Below the pieces are notes generated by a model. That model had not been told where the DNA came from and made no database searches. It worked only from the letters and a program-made list of their open reading frames with translations. DNA of 48,402 nucleotides. Source: a virus. Location: positions 1-48,402 of the IMG/VR virus record IMGVR_UViG_3300045988_077050; one strand, 5' to 3'. Positions 35,991-44,979 of the stretch are shown here, piece after piece (the first letter of the stretch is position 1; every line of letters begins with the position of its first letter). Position numbers and translations under genes: made by a program.

Positions 35991-36019
35991 GCACACCTTT
36001 TCTGGTGTGCTTTTGTTTT
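35991..36019 (+). terminator. rho-independent terminator ending the cassette
   Basis: gcacacc / ggtgtgc, then TTTTGTTTT. Confidence 0.8.
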
Positions 36020-36053
36020 GCAAAAAATTTTTAAAAATATTTTTAAAAAAGTG

Positions 36054-36082
36054 TTGACTGATATAAATATATATGTTATTAT
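36054..36082 (+). promoter_or_regulatory. sigma-A type promoter with extended -10
   Basis: TTGACT 36054-59, 17-nt spacer, TGtTATTAT; preceded by an A/T palindrome. Confidence 0.55.
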
Positions 36083-36206
36083 AATATCAAGTTAATGGAA
36101 AACAAAAAAGTTAAAAACAAAACAAGTTAAAGGAGAACAGAGTTATGATGGAAAGCAGAAACAACTATGTAGATATGTTTTGTTTGTAAAATAGGAGGGC
36201 AGAACA

Positions 36207-36335
36207 ATGAAAAGAAAAATAAAAAGATTATGGCGAGAATGGGGTATAACATTAGAAGAATTTGAAATGTTTATTTGTGCAGTAGGATTCTTTGTTTTAC
36301 CTTTGGCATTAAGATTATTATTTTTTATAATTTAG
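36207..36335 (+). CDS. small hydrophobic protein (42 aa)
   Basis: GGAGGG RBS; MKRKIKRLWREWGITLEEFEMFICAVGFFVLPLALRLLFFII. Confidence 0.35.
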   Translation: MKRKIKRLWREWGITLEEFEMFICAVGFFVLPLALRLLFFII

Positions 36336-36346
36336 GTAATTTAGTA

Positions 36347-36375
36347 TTGACAAACAAAAAGTAAGGTAGTATAAT
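36347..36375 (+). promoter_or_regulatory. sigma-A type promoter
   Basis: TTGACA 36347-52, 17-nt spacer, TATAAT 36370-75. Confidence 0.7.
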
Positions 36376-36408
36376 AAATACATCAAATAAAGTTAGGAGA
36401 ACAATAAA

Positions 36409-37062
36409 GTGGAGAATATGAATTTTGAGTCTATGAAAGTGGCAGAGTTAAAAGAAGAAAGCAGAAAGCGTGGTTTGAAGTTAGAACACAAAGGACATAA
36501 GTTTACAAAGGGTGAGTTGATTGAAAGGTTAGTCCGTTATGAAAAAGAACAACATGACATTGATAGTGATATCCAGAAAGCAATTGAAGAAGCAGGAGAA
36601 GAGCCAAAAGAAACAAAATGTGAAGAAGTGAAGACTTGTGCAGACTGTAGCAAGTCACCATGTGAGAACACACCAGAGGTCAAAGAAAACAAAACAATAT
36701 TTGCGACAACGCTAGAAGAAATCGAGAAAAAGTATGGTGTGCGGAAACCACAGTTTATATATGATAAAGATTTGAAAGTAGGAAGTACCGTAGTCTTTGT
36801 TGAGGTTGTAGAAGCGAAAAGCGGATGGCTTGGTAAAAAGTTAAGAAAGGGAGTTGTTAAAGGAGTTAATCGCAAAAAAGAATTAGTGAAAGTAGAAATG
36901 TTCTTTGGAAAAGAGTATATACTAGGTTTTGAAGAACTGTTGTTTATTAAAGATAATGAGAGAGGCGGTTGGCTTCCGAAAGATATTAAAAATTTTTTGT
37001 GGAATCAAAATAACAGAAATAGGAGAAAGGAAGAAAATGAAAGAACAAACAAGTCTTATTAA
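36409..37062 (+). CDS. HeH/SAP-motif DNA-binding protein candidate with an SH3-like C-terminus
   Basis: FESMKVAELKEESRKRGLKLEHKG at the N-terminus; first gene of the replication module. Confidence 0.5.
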   Translation: MENMNFESMKVAELKEESRKRGLKLEHKGHKFTKGELIERLVRYEKEQHDIDSDIQKAIEEAGEEPKETKCEEVKTCADCSKSPCENTPEVKENKTIFATTLEEIEKKYGVRKPQFIYDKDLKVGSTVVFVEVVEAKSGWLGKKLRKGVVKGVNRKKELVKVEMFFGKEYILGFEELLFIKDNERGGWLPKDIKNFLWNQNNRNRRKEENERTNKSY

Positions 37063-37570
37063 GGAAAGTGTGCGAAAGTTATATGAAGCAAAAAAAGAAA
37101 AAGAAAGAGTTGACTCTTTTTATGATGAAGTAAAGAAAAAAGAACAAATAGCAATTTCAAATTTTATGTTCACAAATTTACCACAAGAACAAAAAAGCTT
37201 TGATATCGAACTTGATGAGGGTGTGGCATATTATACAAACCATGTGAGACTGCAAGTAACAAGAGTTCGTAGACAAAAAGTAATTTGGTTATTAGACAAG
37301 CTGAAAAAGAAGTTAAGCAAAGAAATGTACAAGGATGTCGTTAAAAAGACATATACTATAAATGATATGCAAGGGCTTGTGAGGTATTTAAAATCTTGCG
37401 GAGTGGACGCTAAAAAGTTTAAGAAGTTTATTAATGTTTCGGAAGAAGCAGACGAAACAAAACTTGATTATCTGTACGACACAGGAAAGTTAAATAAAAA
37501 GGATATTGCAGGATGTTACGAAGTGCAAATGTCCGAGCCATATATAAGATTAACAGAAATAAAGAGGTAG
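37037..37570 (+). CDS. hypothetical protein
   Basis: GGAG..GGAAG lies before ATG 37037. Confidence 0.5.
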   Translation: MKEQTSLIKESVRKLYEAKKEKERVDSFYDEVKKKEQIAISNFMFTNLPQEQKSFDIELDEGVAYYTNHVRLQVTRVRRQKVIWLLDKLKKKLSKEMYKDVVKKTYTINDMQGLVRYLKSCGVDAKKFKKFINVSEEADETKLDYLYDTGKLNKKDIAGCYEVQMSEPYIRLTEIKR

Positions 37571-37574
37571 TGTT

Positions 37575-38537
37575 ATGATTCGCCAATATGGAGGGAAAGA
37601 ACTTGCAAAAGTGTTGATATATTATGGATTGGTTGTAGACATAGTGAGTTCAGATTTTAACATTATATGCCCTTTCCATGACGACATTAACCCGTCAATG
37701 AAAATATGTTTAGAAGACGGTTCTTTTTATTGTTTTGGTTGTGGAGTGAAAGGAAATGCGTTAGACTTTGTAATAAAAGCACAGCCAGAATTAAATGACT
37801 TACAAGCTTGCGTGTTATTAGAACAAATACTGAATAGTGAAGAAGTAAAAAAGTTGAATGTGAAATATCGAAAGAAACGAAGATTGCAGAATAAACAAGC
37901 ATTGTGTGAAGCATATGATTATTATTATGGAATCAGACAAACGGATTGGAACGATATACAAACAAAGGAAGAGCAAAAAGTGTTTGAATATATGAGCAAG
38001 CGAGGTTTTAATAGAAAGTCATTAAATGTTTCACACTGTAAAGTAAGTTACAATATTGCCTATCCGATATTGTTTCCAATCCTTGATAATGGAGAGTTTA
38101 AAGGATGGGTTGGAAGAACAACAAACAAATATGTTGAAAAGAAAAGAAAGTATTTGTACAATGAGGGATTCAGAAAGCGTGATACGTTGTGTGGAAATTA
38201 TGAGCAGAACAAAGTTGTGTACATTTGCGAGGGTTTTATGGACTATTTAAGCCTTAGAACAAGAGGACATATAAAAAATGTTGTTGCAATCTTAGGGTGG
38301 CATATCTCGGATGAACAAGTACAAAAATTAAAAGATAAAGGTATAACAACAGTTGTGTCTGCCTTGGACAACGATAAAGCAGGAAAGAAAGGAACAGAAT
38401 ATTTGAAGCATTTTTTCAAGGTGATTCGTTTTCAGTATCCAGATGATAAAAAAGATGTTGGAGAAATGACGGAACAAGAATTAAAGTTAGCAATCAAACA
38501 AACAAAGGAGGCATACAGATGTGAAAGTAGGCGTTAA
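37575..38537 (+). CDS. dnaG: DNA primase (DnaG-like: CHC2 zinc finger + TOPRIM)
   Basis: CPFHDDINPSMKICLEDGSFYCFGCGVKGNALDFV (zinc finger); ICEGFMDYLS and ALDNDKAGKKG (TOPRIM). Confidence 0.8.
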   Translation: MIRQYGGKELAKVLIYYGLVVDIVSSDFNIICPFHDDINPSMKICLEDGSFYCFGCGVKGNALDFVIKAQPELNDLQACVLLEQILNSEEVKKLNVKYRKKRRLQNKQALCEAYDYYYGIRQTDWNDIQTKEEQKVFEYMSKRGFNRKSLNVSHCKVSYNIAYPILFPILDNGEFKGWVGRTTNKYVEKKRKYLYNEGFRKRDTLCGNYEQNKVVYICEGFMDYLSLRTRGHIKNVVAILGWHISDEQVQKLKDKGITTVVSALDNDKAGKKGTEYLKHFFKVIRFQYPDDKKDVGEMTEQELKLAIKQTKEAYRCESRR

Positions 38538-38904
38538 AATAAAGATGGGAATGACCTTGTTCCATGCTCAGACAATGAAAGAATTGTGTATTGACAACAC
38601 AATTGAAGTATGTTATGATGAAGAAAGTACAGAGTACAAAAACCTTTGTGATGAATATACAGAAGTTATAGGGTTCAAAAGGGAGGAAGATAAGATTGCA
38701 TTTGACAAAGAACTTTTGATTGAACTTGCAAAAGAAGTAAAAAGCAGAGAAATGGAAACAATAAAAACAATCGAGGAAACAATAAAGACCTGTTATTTGA
38801 AAAACACATCTGCTTATGTTACTTTTGCAGGGTATATCATAAACCCAAAAGATTTTTGTGCAGTTCGTATCGATGGGTTTAATGTACAATTCTCAAAAAA
38901 ATAA
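38521..38904 (+). CDS. hypothetical protein
   Basis: GTG 38521 lies 9 nt after GGAGG. Confidence 0.45.
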   Translation: MKVGVKIKMGMTLFHAQTMKELCIDNTIEVCYDEESTEYKNLCDEYTEVIGFKREEDKIAFDKELLIELAKEVKSREMETIKTIEETIKTCYLKNTSAYVTFAGYIINPKDFCAVRIDGFNVQFSKK

Positions 38905-38929
38905 AAAAAAGTGGAAAGGAAACAAAGAA

Positions 38930-39733
38930 ATGGGAAAAATTAAGTTATCAAGCATTAAAAACGAGATTAAAAAAAGCGGAACAAACAAAGGAAAGTTTTT
39001 GTATTTTAAAGAAGATAGCAAGATTCGTGTTCGATTCTTAAATGATATGGAGGACGGTCTCGAAATTAAGTTTCACGACAGCTTCCAGTTGGGTATCAAT
39101 GTTCCGTGCCAAGAAGAATTTGGTCGAGATTGTGAATATTGCGAAAACGAAGATTTAAGAACACGGAGTATGTATGTATGGTCTGTCTATGATTATGAGA
39201 GTAAAGAAGTTAAATTATTGATGGCGGCAACAAATAACTGTTCTCCTGTACCCGCACTGGCTTCTCTGTATGAAAGTTATGGAACGTTATGTGATAGAGA
39301 TTATGAGATTAAAAGAATCGGAAAAGGACAGAACACAACATATAGCGTGATTCCTTTAGAGAAGCTGAAATTCAGAAATACAAAAGTGAAACCAATGTCA
39401 GAACAGGCAATGTTAAAGTGTATTGATAAGGCTTATCCTGCTGACAATTCGGAGGATTTTGATGAAGAGGATGAAAAGCCAAAAAAACAAAACAAAACAA
39501 AGCAGAACAAACTAAAGGGAAAAATGAATGAACCAGAGGACGATTGGGGAGAAGAAGAGGAAACAAATGACTACGAAAGTATGTCTGCAAAAGAGTTATA
39601 CCAGTTGTGTAAAGAGCGTGGAATTGAATGTAAGCCGAGAAAATCTAAGGAGTATTATTTTGATTTGTTAGAGGAAGCAGATGAAGAAGATTCCGATGAT
39701 GATTGGGACGAAGAAGAGAACGATTGGGAATAA
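38930..39733 (+). CDS. ssDNA-binding protein candidate (T4 gp32-like zinc pattern) with a HeH motif and acidic tail
   Basis: IRVRFL...FHDSF...PC...CEYC resembles the gp32 RFL / H-C-C-C zinc site; C-terminal YESMSAKELYQLCKERGIECK plus DDDWDEEENDWE. Confidence 0.4.
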   Translation: MGKIKLSSIKNEIKKSGTNKGKFLYFKEDSKIRVRFLNDMEDGLEIKFHDSFQLGINVPCQEEFGRDCEYCENEDLRTRSMYVWSVYDYESKEVKLLMAATNNCSPVPALASLYESYGTLCDRDYEIKRIGKGQNTTYSVIPLEKLKFRNTKVKPMSEQAMLKCIDKAYPADNSEDFDEEDEKPKKQNKTKQNKLKGKMNEPEDDWGEEEETNDYESMSAKELYQLCKERGIECKPRKSKEYYFDLLEEADEEDSDDDWDEEENDWE

Positions 39734-39741
39734 AAAAATTA

Positions 39742-39763
39742 GGGGTTGACTTTGTGTCAGCCC
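39742..39763 (+). repeat. 22-bp element ggggttgactttgtgtcagccc, copy 1 (hairpin overlapping the -35)
   Basis: Identical to 45113..45134. Imperfect palindrome gggttgac-tttgt-gtcagccc. Confidence 0.9.
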
Positions 39764-39775
39764 TTTTGTTATAAT
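39746..39775 (+). promoter_or_regulatory. sigma-A type promoter with extended -10 (drives dnaE)
   Basis: TTGACT 39746-51, 18-nt spacer, TGtTATAAT ending at 39775. Confidence 0.6.
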
Positions 39776-39802
39776 GAAAGAGAACAAAGGAAGGAAACAA
39801 AC

Positions 39803-42532
39803 ATGGGAAATTTTTTTGATTTACATAGGCATGATGAAAATTCCTTTTTTGATGGTTTTGGAAAACCAATTGAATTAGCAAAAAGGGCAAAAGGATTAGG
39901 ATATACTGCATTAGGAACAAGTAATCATGGGAATATTACAGGTTTGGTACAACATTGGTTAGCGTGTAAAGAAATTGGAATTAAACCAGTGTTGGGTTGT
40001 GAAGTATATTTTCAACCAAAATTTAACAGAGAAAAACCACAAAGAAAATCATACCATTTATGTTTGTTCGCAAGAAACAAACAAGGGTACGAAAACTTGT
40101 GTCACATTTTAACAGAAGCAAATACGAAACAATTTTATTATAAGGCTATTGTTGATTTTAAGTTATTAGAAAAGTATGCAGATGGTTTAATATGCTCTAC
40201 CGCTTGTATTGCATCAGCAACAAGTCAAGCTATTATGAATGGAAATGTTGAGACAGCGGAACGTTTGCTAAATAAGTTTAAAAGTATTTTCAAAGAACAT
40301 TTATACGTGGAAATACAACCATATAAGATTGATAAAAATGGAACACAACAGAAAACAGATTATGTTTTGATGAAGTTAGCAAGGGAACTGAAAATCAAGT
40401 GCATACTAACGTCAGACAGCCATTTTGGAAGCAAGGAAGATTTTGACACTTATTGTAAGATGCACGAAATTGGAAAAACAACACTTGATGTAAAGAACAC
40501 ATATTCAGAAAGGTATATGCCTAGTGAGTATGAGATTGTAGAACGGTTTGCAAAAACTTATAAGAACAAATTTAAAAATGCATTTGAACTAGCAGAGAAA
40601 TTTGTTGATAATCTTGGAAAGTTACAAGATAGCGTTGAGGATGATATATTATCAGAGTGTGAACTTGTGTTACCTAAGATTGAAACAAATGGAGAATCAA
40701 GCGAAACGGTGTTGCGTAAGATGGTACAAAAAGGATTGAAGAAGAGAGGGAAGAACACAAAACAGTACATACAGAGATGTAAACAGGAACTTGATGTGAT
40801 ACATTATCATGGGTTCGATGATTATTTCCTCATGGTACAGGACTATGTGAACTGGGCGAAAGAACAAGGCATTGCGGTTGGCGCAGGACGTGGTTCTGCC
40901 TGTAATTGTTTGGTTGCGTATGCAATTGGAATCACAGACGTAGATAGTATCAAATACAATCTTGATTTTAGCAGATTTATGAGGAAGGAGAAAAAGAAAC
41001 TACCGGACATAGATGTAGACTTTGAGACAGATAGAAGGCAGGAAGTCATTGATTATGTTGTAAATAAGTATAAGGGGCAAGCAGTACAGATATGCTCCTA
41101 TGGGGAATATAAGATTGATAATCTTATTAATGACCTTTCAGGCGTATGTGGATTACCTACAAGTGGAAAAGAATTAGATGATTATGACAAATCGGAAAAT
41201 AAAAGAATTGTTGCAGAAATCAAACACTTTATTCGTGAGTACGAAGAAGATGGAAGTTTGAACATGAATAAAATGTTACAAGATGAAAGGGCTGAAATCT
41301 ATAACAGTCAGTATGATAATATCATAAAGCACTTTTCTAAGTTATTCGGAAAAATAAGACAACTTGGAAAGCACGCCGCAGGGGTGGCAGTTGTAGGCTC
41401 TGATATATCCAATTATACAGCGGTTGTACATGGGAAAGATGGGATGTACAATAGTAGTTATGATTTGAATGATTTAGAACATATTAATTGTACAAAATTT
41501 GATATGTTAGGATTAAAAACAATGTCAGAAATGCGAGAATTGGAAGAGTACACAGAGCATATTGTAACGGATGAGGATAGAGAAGAACAAGAGATATACA
41601 GGCAGTTTAGAGAGGGTAATACAGATGGCATATTCCAGATGGAAAAATCAGCACCTAAAAAGATTTTAGATATGATAAAATGTGACTGCATCGAGGATGT
41701 GATAGCAGTTAACGCCTTAAATCGTCCTGCTCCATTACAGTTAAAAATGCACGAAACATACGCTTATAACAAGTTATCTGGAAAGGTTGACACAAGTACA
41801 CCATATTATAAGTATACCAAGGAAACATATGGAACAATGTTATATCAAGAACAGACGGTTGAAGTTGCCCAGAAGCTAGGACATTTGACACCACAACAAA
41901 GTTTTGATTTGTTAAAAATTATGAAAAAAGCGGAGAATCTAAACAAACCGGAGTACATACCGATTATCGAGCAAATGAAAAAAGACTTTTTTAAAGGGTG
42001 TAGAAGTGAAGGGCTTACAAAAGAACAGACAAAAGAAATATGGGCTAGTATGCTGATTTATGGCTTTAACAAAGGACATAGTACAGGGTATACGCTGATA
42101 TCAGTTGACCAGATGTGGTACAAGATACACCATCCTGCGGAATTTTGGTATGTAAAAATGAAGTATGCGGATAATGATGTAGATATACACAAATATTCAC
42201 ACCTTGCAGTAAAAGACAATGCGGTGGTAATGTTACCCCATGTAAACTATACTGCAAAAACTTCCATGCGTATGATGGACGGTGAAAATGTAATTCAACA
42301 AGGTTTGAGCATTATTAAAGGAATTGGAGAAAAGGCGGCAAAGACAATAGAGGATGAAAGAAAAGAACATGGAGCATTTAAAGATTATGATGATTTTTAT
42401 GATAGGTGTAAGGGAAGAGCGGTAACAAGTAGAGTGATTGATATTTTAAAAGAACAAGGAGCATTAGAGTTTAACAAACGAAGATACTTGTCAAGAGTAG
42501 TAAAGTATAATAGCAGTTTATTAGGGAGGTAA
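39803..42532 (+). CDS. dnaE: DNA polymerase III alpha subunit (DnaE-type, PHP domain N-terminus)
   Basis: FFDLHRHDENSFFDG...LGTSNHGNITG (PHP), GRGSACNCLVAYAIGITDVD, PDIDVDFE and GLKTM motifs typical of Pol III alpha. Confidence 0.85.
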   Translation: MGNFFDLHRHDENSFFDGFGKPIELAKRAKGLGYTALGTSNHGNITGLVQHWLACKEIGIKPVLGCEVYFQPKFNREKPQRKSYHLCLFARNKQGYENLCHILTEANTKQFYYKAIVDFKLLEKYADGLICSTACIASATSQAIMNGNVETAERLLNKFKSIFKEHLYVEIQPYKIDKNGTQQKTDYVLMKLARELKIKCILTSDSHFGSKEDFDTYCKMHEIGKTTLDVKNTYSERYMPSEYEIVERFAKTYKNKFKNAFELAEKFVDNLGKLQDSVEDDILSECELVLPKIETNGESSETVLRKMVQKGLKKRGKNTKQYIQRCKQELDVIHYHGFDDYFLMVQDYVNWAKEQGIAVGAGRGSACNCLVAYAIGITDVDSIKYNLDFSRFMRKEKKKLPDIDVDFETDRRQEVIDYVVNKYKGQAVQICSYGEYKIDNLINDLSGVCGLPTSGKELDDYDKSENKRIVAEIKHFIREYEEDGSLNMNKMLQDERAEIYNSQYDNIIKHFSKLFGKIRQLGKHAAGVAVVGSDISNYTAVVHGKDGMYNSSYDLNDLEHINCTKFDMLGLKTMSEMRELEEYTEHIVTDEDREEQEIYRQFREGNTDGIFQMEKSAPKKILDMIKCDCIEDVIAVNALNRPAPLQLKMHETYAYNKLSGKVDTSTPYYKYTKETYGTMLYQEQTVEVAQKLGHLTPQQSFDLLKIMKKAENLNKPEYIPIIEQMKKDFFKGCRSEGLTKEQTKEIWASMLIYGFNKGHSTGYTLISVDQMWYKIHHPAEFWYVKMKYADNDVDIHKYSHLAVKDNAVVMLPHVNYTAKTSMRMMDGENVIQQGLSIIKGIGEKAAKTIEDERKEHGAFKDYDDFYDRCKGRAVTSRVIDILKEQGALEFNKRRYLSRVVKYNSSLLGR

Positions 42533-42538
42533 AAAAAT

Positions 42539-42724
42539 ATGAATTTGGTAGAACATTATGTAACGAACATCACATACGAAAATAGAACAAACTATAATGG
42601 TGTAGTAATGTATGAGTTAACTTGTGATATTGATTGTTATGGAATAAAAAAGAAAAATGAAAACATTTTGTTAATGGAAGAAGATTACAATATGGTAAAA
42701 GAACAAGGATATTATTTAGCATAG
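42539..42724 (+). CDS. hypothetical protein
   Basis: Short ORF in the operon. Confidence 0.45.
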   Translation: MNLVEHYVTNITYENRTNYNGVVMYELTCDIDCYGIKKKNENILLMEEDYNMVKEQGYYLA

Positions 42725-42733
42725 GAGAAAAAG

Positions 42734-43063
42734 ATGAAAGAGTATATACATGAACAAGAATATTCTGAGAAAGCAGATGAATTAAGAAAGAACAGGGTAC
42801 AAACGTCTTTTTACAAATATGGTTCTGCTAAGGTGAATTTTGGAAGAGGTTATGTCGACGCATTAGGTAGCCATGAAAAGTGTATTGAAGCGTACAATCG
42901 TACAGGGAACAAAGAATATTTACTTGATGCCATGAATTATTTAATGTTTGAGTTTATGTATCCACAAAAGAAAGGTGCGTATTTTAAACCGACAGGAAGC
43001 GAAGAAAGTGCAGGAATTGTTGGGATTAGCATTAATGAAATGGAGGAATTTAAAAATGGCTAG
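42734..43063 (+). CDS. hypothetical protein
   Basis: ORF with GGAG RBS; no firm motif. Confidence 0.5.
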   Translation: MKEYIHEQEYSEKADELRKNRVQTSFYKYGSAKVNFGRGYVDALGSHEKCIEAYNRTGNKEYLLDAMNYLMFEFMYPQKKGAYFKPTGSEESAGIVGISINEMEEFKNG

Positions 43064-43985
43064 GAAAGAAATGAACAAAGAAGCGATAATGAAATTATGC
43101 AGTGAGATATCAAAAAAAGAAGGAGATGGAATTGTTTACAGTTTGGGAAATAAAAATGGTGCATTAAATATTCCACGTTGGAGTACAGGATTACCAGACC
43201 TTGATGCAATTATCGGAGGGGGAGTACCAAAAGGAAGAACAATAGAGATATTCGGGGCAGAATCAGCAGGAAAAACAACGCTCGCGTATCAATTAGCGGC
43301 ACAACATGAAATGTGTCTCGATATACCGATTGAAGGTACGTTTGACGCAGAGCGTGCAAAGTTATTCGGAAACAGACCAAAACAAATGTTGGTATACAGA
43401 GCGAGATATGGAGAAAAGGCTTTCAACAGGGCAATCAGATTTGCGGAAGAGGGCATACCTATGATTGTGATAGATAGTGTTCCATCCATGCAACCGAAGG
43501 ATGATATCGACAAGATTAGAAAGGCAGTAAATACAGACAGTGAACAGGAAATGCGTATTGGTGGTGTTGCAAGGCTCATGGACAAATACTTACCAACTCT
43601 AGAAGATGTGATAGAACAAACAGGAACAACAGTTGTATTTATAAACCAGATTCGGGATAAAATGAATGCACTACCTTTTGGAGATAACATACAAACTCCG
43701 GGCGGTCATAAATTAAAACACAGTGCGAGTTTGAGAATACAGGTGGCAAGAAAAGGATATATTGACATTCCGAACCATAATCCTTATAATAGTGCTAACA
43801 AAGAAACAATTGGCATGATTATGAAATGTAAGGTGGTAAAGTCGAAAGTGTGTAATCCAAAAGGAGAATGTGAAATACCATTATTCTATGAAAGAGGGTT
43901 CATAGACTTTGCAGACCTCGAAGAAGTAAGAAAAGAAATAATGATAGAGCATAAGAAAAAGTATAAGGAAATGTTAGAACAATAA
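43056..43985 (+). CDS. recA: RecA-like recombinase
   Basis: LDAIIGGGVPKGRTIEIFGAESAGKTTLA (Walker A), VIDSV, VVFINQIRDKM and TPGGHKLKHSASLRIQV align with RecA. GGAGG lies 9 nt before the ATG. Confidence 0.85.
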   Translation: MARKEMNKEAIMKLCSEISKKEGDGIVYSLGNKNGALNIPRWSTGLPDLDAIIGGGVPKGRTIEIFGAESAGKTTLAYQLAAQHEMCLDIPIEGTFDAERAKLFGNRPKQMLVYRARYGEKAFNRAIRFAEEGIPMIVIDSVPSMQPKDDIDKIRKAVNTDSEQEMRIGGVARLMDKYLPTLEDVIEQTGTTVVFINQIRDKMNALPFGDNIQTPGGHKLKHSASLRIQVARKGYIDIPNHNPYNSANKETIGMIMKCKVVKSKVCNPKGECEIPLFYERGFIDFADLEEVRKEIMIEHKKKYKEMLEQ

Positions 43986-44146
43986 TGGTCTTGTATTGTA
44001 TTACTTTTTATAGGATTTATCCAGATAAGGAAAAGACAGAACATAAGTTTTTTGTATATGAAAAGACGAAACAAAAAGCAGTACAAAAATTCTGTCTTTC
44101 CACTGGATGTAGAAAAACAAATGTTCTATCAGTTCATGTTATTTAA
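43985..44146 (+). CDS. small hypothetical protein (53 aa)
   Basis: TAATG overlap with the recA stop. Confidence 0.3.
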   Translation: MVLYCITFYRIYPDKEKTEHKFFVYEKTKQKAVQKFCLSTGCRKTNVLSVHVI

Positions 44147-44163
44147 AAAAAGGCGGTGAAAAA

Positions 44164-44979
44164 ATGGGAATTGTTGATAGCATTAAAAAAGAAGCGGCGA
44201 GAAATGGAACAAAGATACAGAGTGATAAAGAAGAAGAGTTAGAACAAAAATTAAATGCTCTATTTTATTTAGATAAAGATATACCAAATGAATTGAAGTT
44301 TTTAAAATCTGTAATGACAAGAGGGCAGGAGACTACAGAAAGAAAAGGGCTACACGCAAGTGCAGTTATTGTTTCGGAGGATAAGTTTTGCTACAGACAG
44401 CAAGTGTTGAGTTTGTTCTACAAACAGGCACAGGGTGAACAAGTACCAGTTGGATTGAAGCGGATATTTTCAGAGGGTGATGCAATCCATGAAAAGTGGC
44501 AAAGATTGTTTATTCGTGGAGGATATGCAGAACCATTAGACTGTGATAGAACACAATTTGTAAAAGAATTTGATTTACAATTTACGCCAGACATTATCTG
44601 TAATATAGATGGTTTCGGTGAAATGGTGGGAGAAATCAAGTCGGTAAACAGTTTTACGTTTAAGAAACAAAAGAATCATGCAAGTGGGAAAAAGCAATTG
44701 CAATTGTATATGTATTTAACGGGAATCAAAAAAGGGTTCGTGTTGTGTGAGGACAAAAATACACAAGAAGTCAAATTGTATCTGTATGATGCAGATTATA
44801 AACAAGTAAAGCCTTATATTGCAAGATTGGAGAAAATACAGTATTATAAACATAGGTTAGTGGACAAAGGAAAGCTTGTTTCAAGGCACGAAAAATGCAC
44901 AGAGTATAATTGTAAGATGGCAGAACAGTGTCCGATGCGTGAAGTATGTTATGGAAAGAAAAAGGAGAAACTACAATGA
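44164..44979 (+). CDS. Cas4/RecB-like PD-(D/E)XK exonuclease with Fe-S cysteines
   Basis: N-terminal Cys (FCYRQ), D...GEIKS (D..ExK), QLQLY (QxxxY), C-terminal CTEYNCKMAEQCPMREVC. Confidence 0.6.
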   Translation: MGIVDSIKKEAARNGTKIQSDKEEELEQKLNALFYLDKDIPNELKFLKSVMTRGQETTERKGLHASAVIVSEDKFCYRQQVLSLFYKQAQGEQVPVGLKRIFSEGDAIHEKWQRLFIRGGYAEPLDCDRTQFVKEFDLQFTPDIICNIDGFGEMVGEIKSVNSFTFKKQKNHASGKKQLQLYMYLTGIKKGFVLCEDKNTQEVKLYLYDADYKQVKPYIARLEKIQYYKHRLVDKGKLVSRHEKCTEYNCKMAEQCPMREVCYGKKKEKLQ

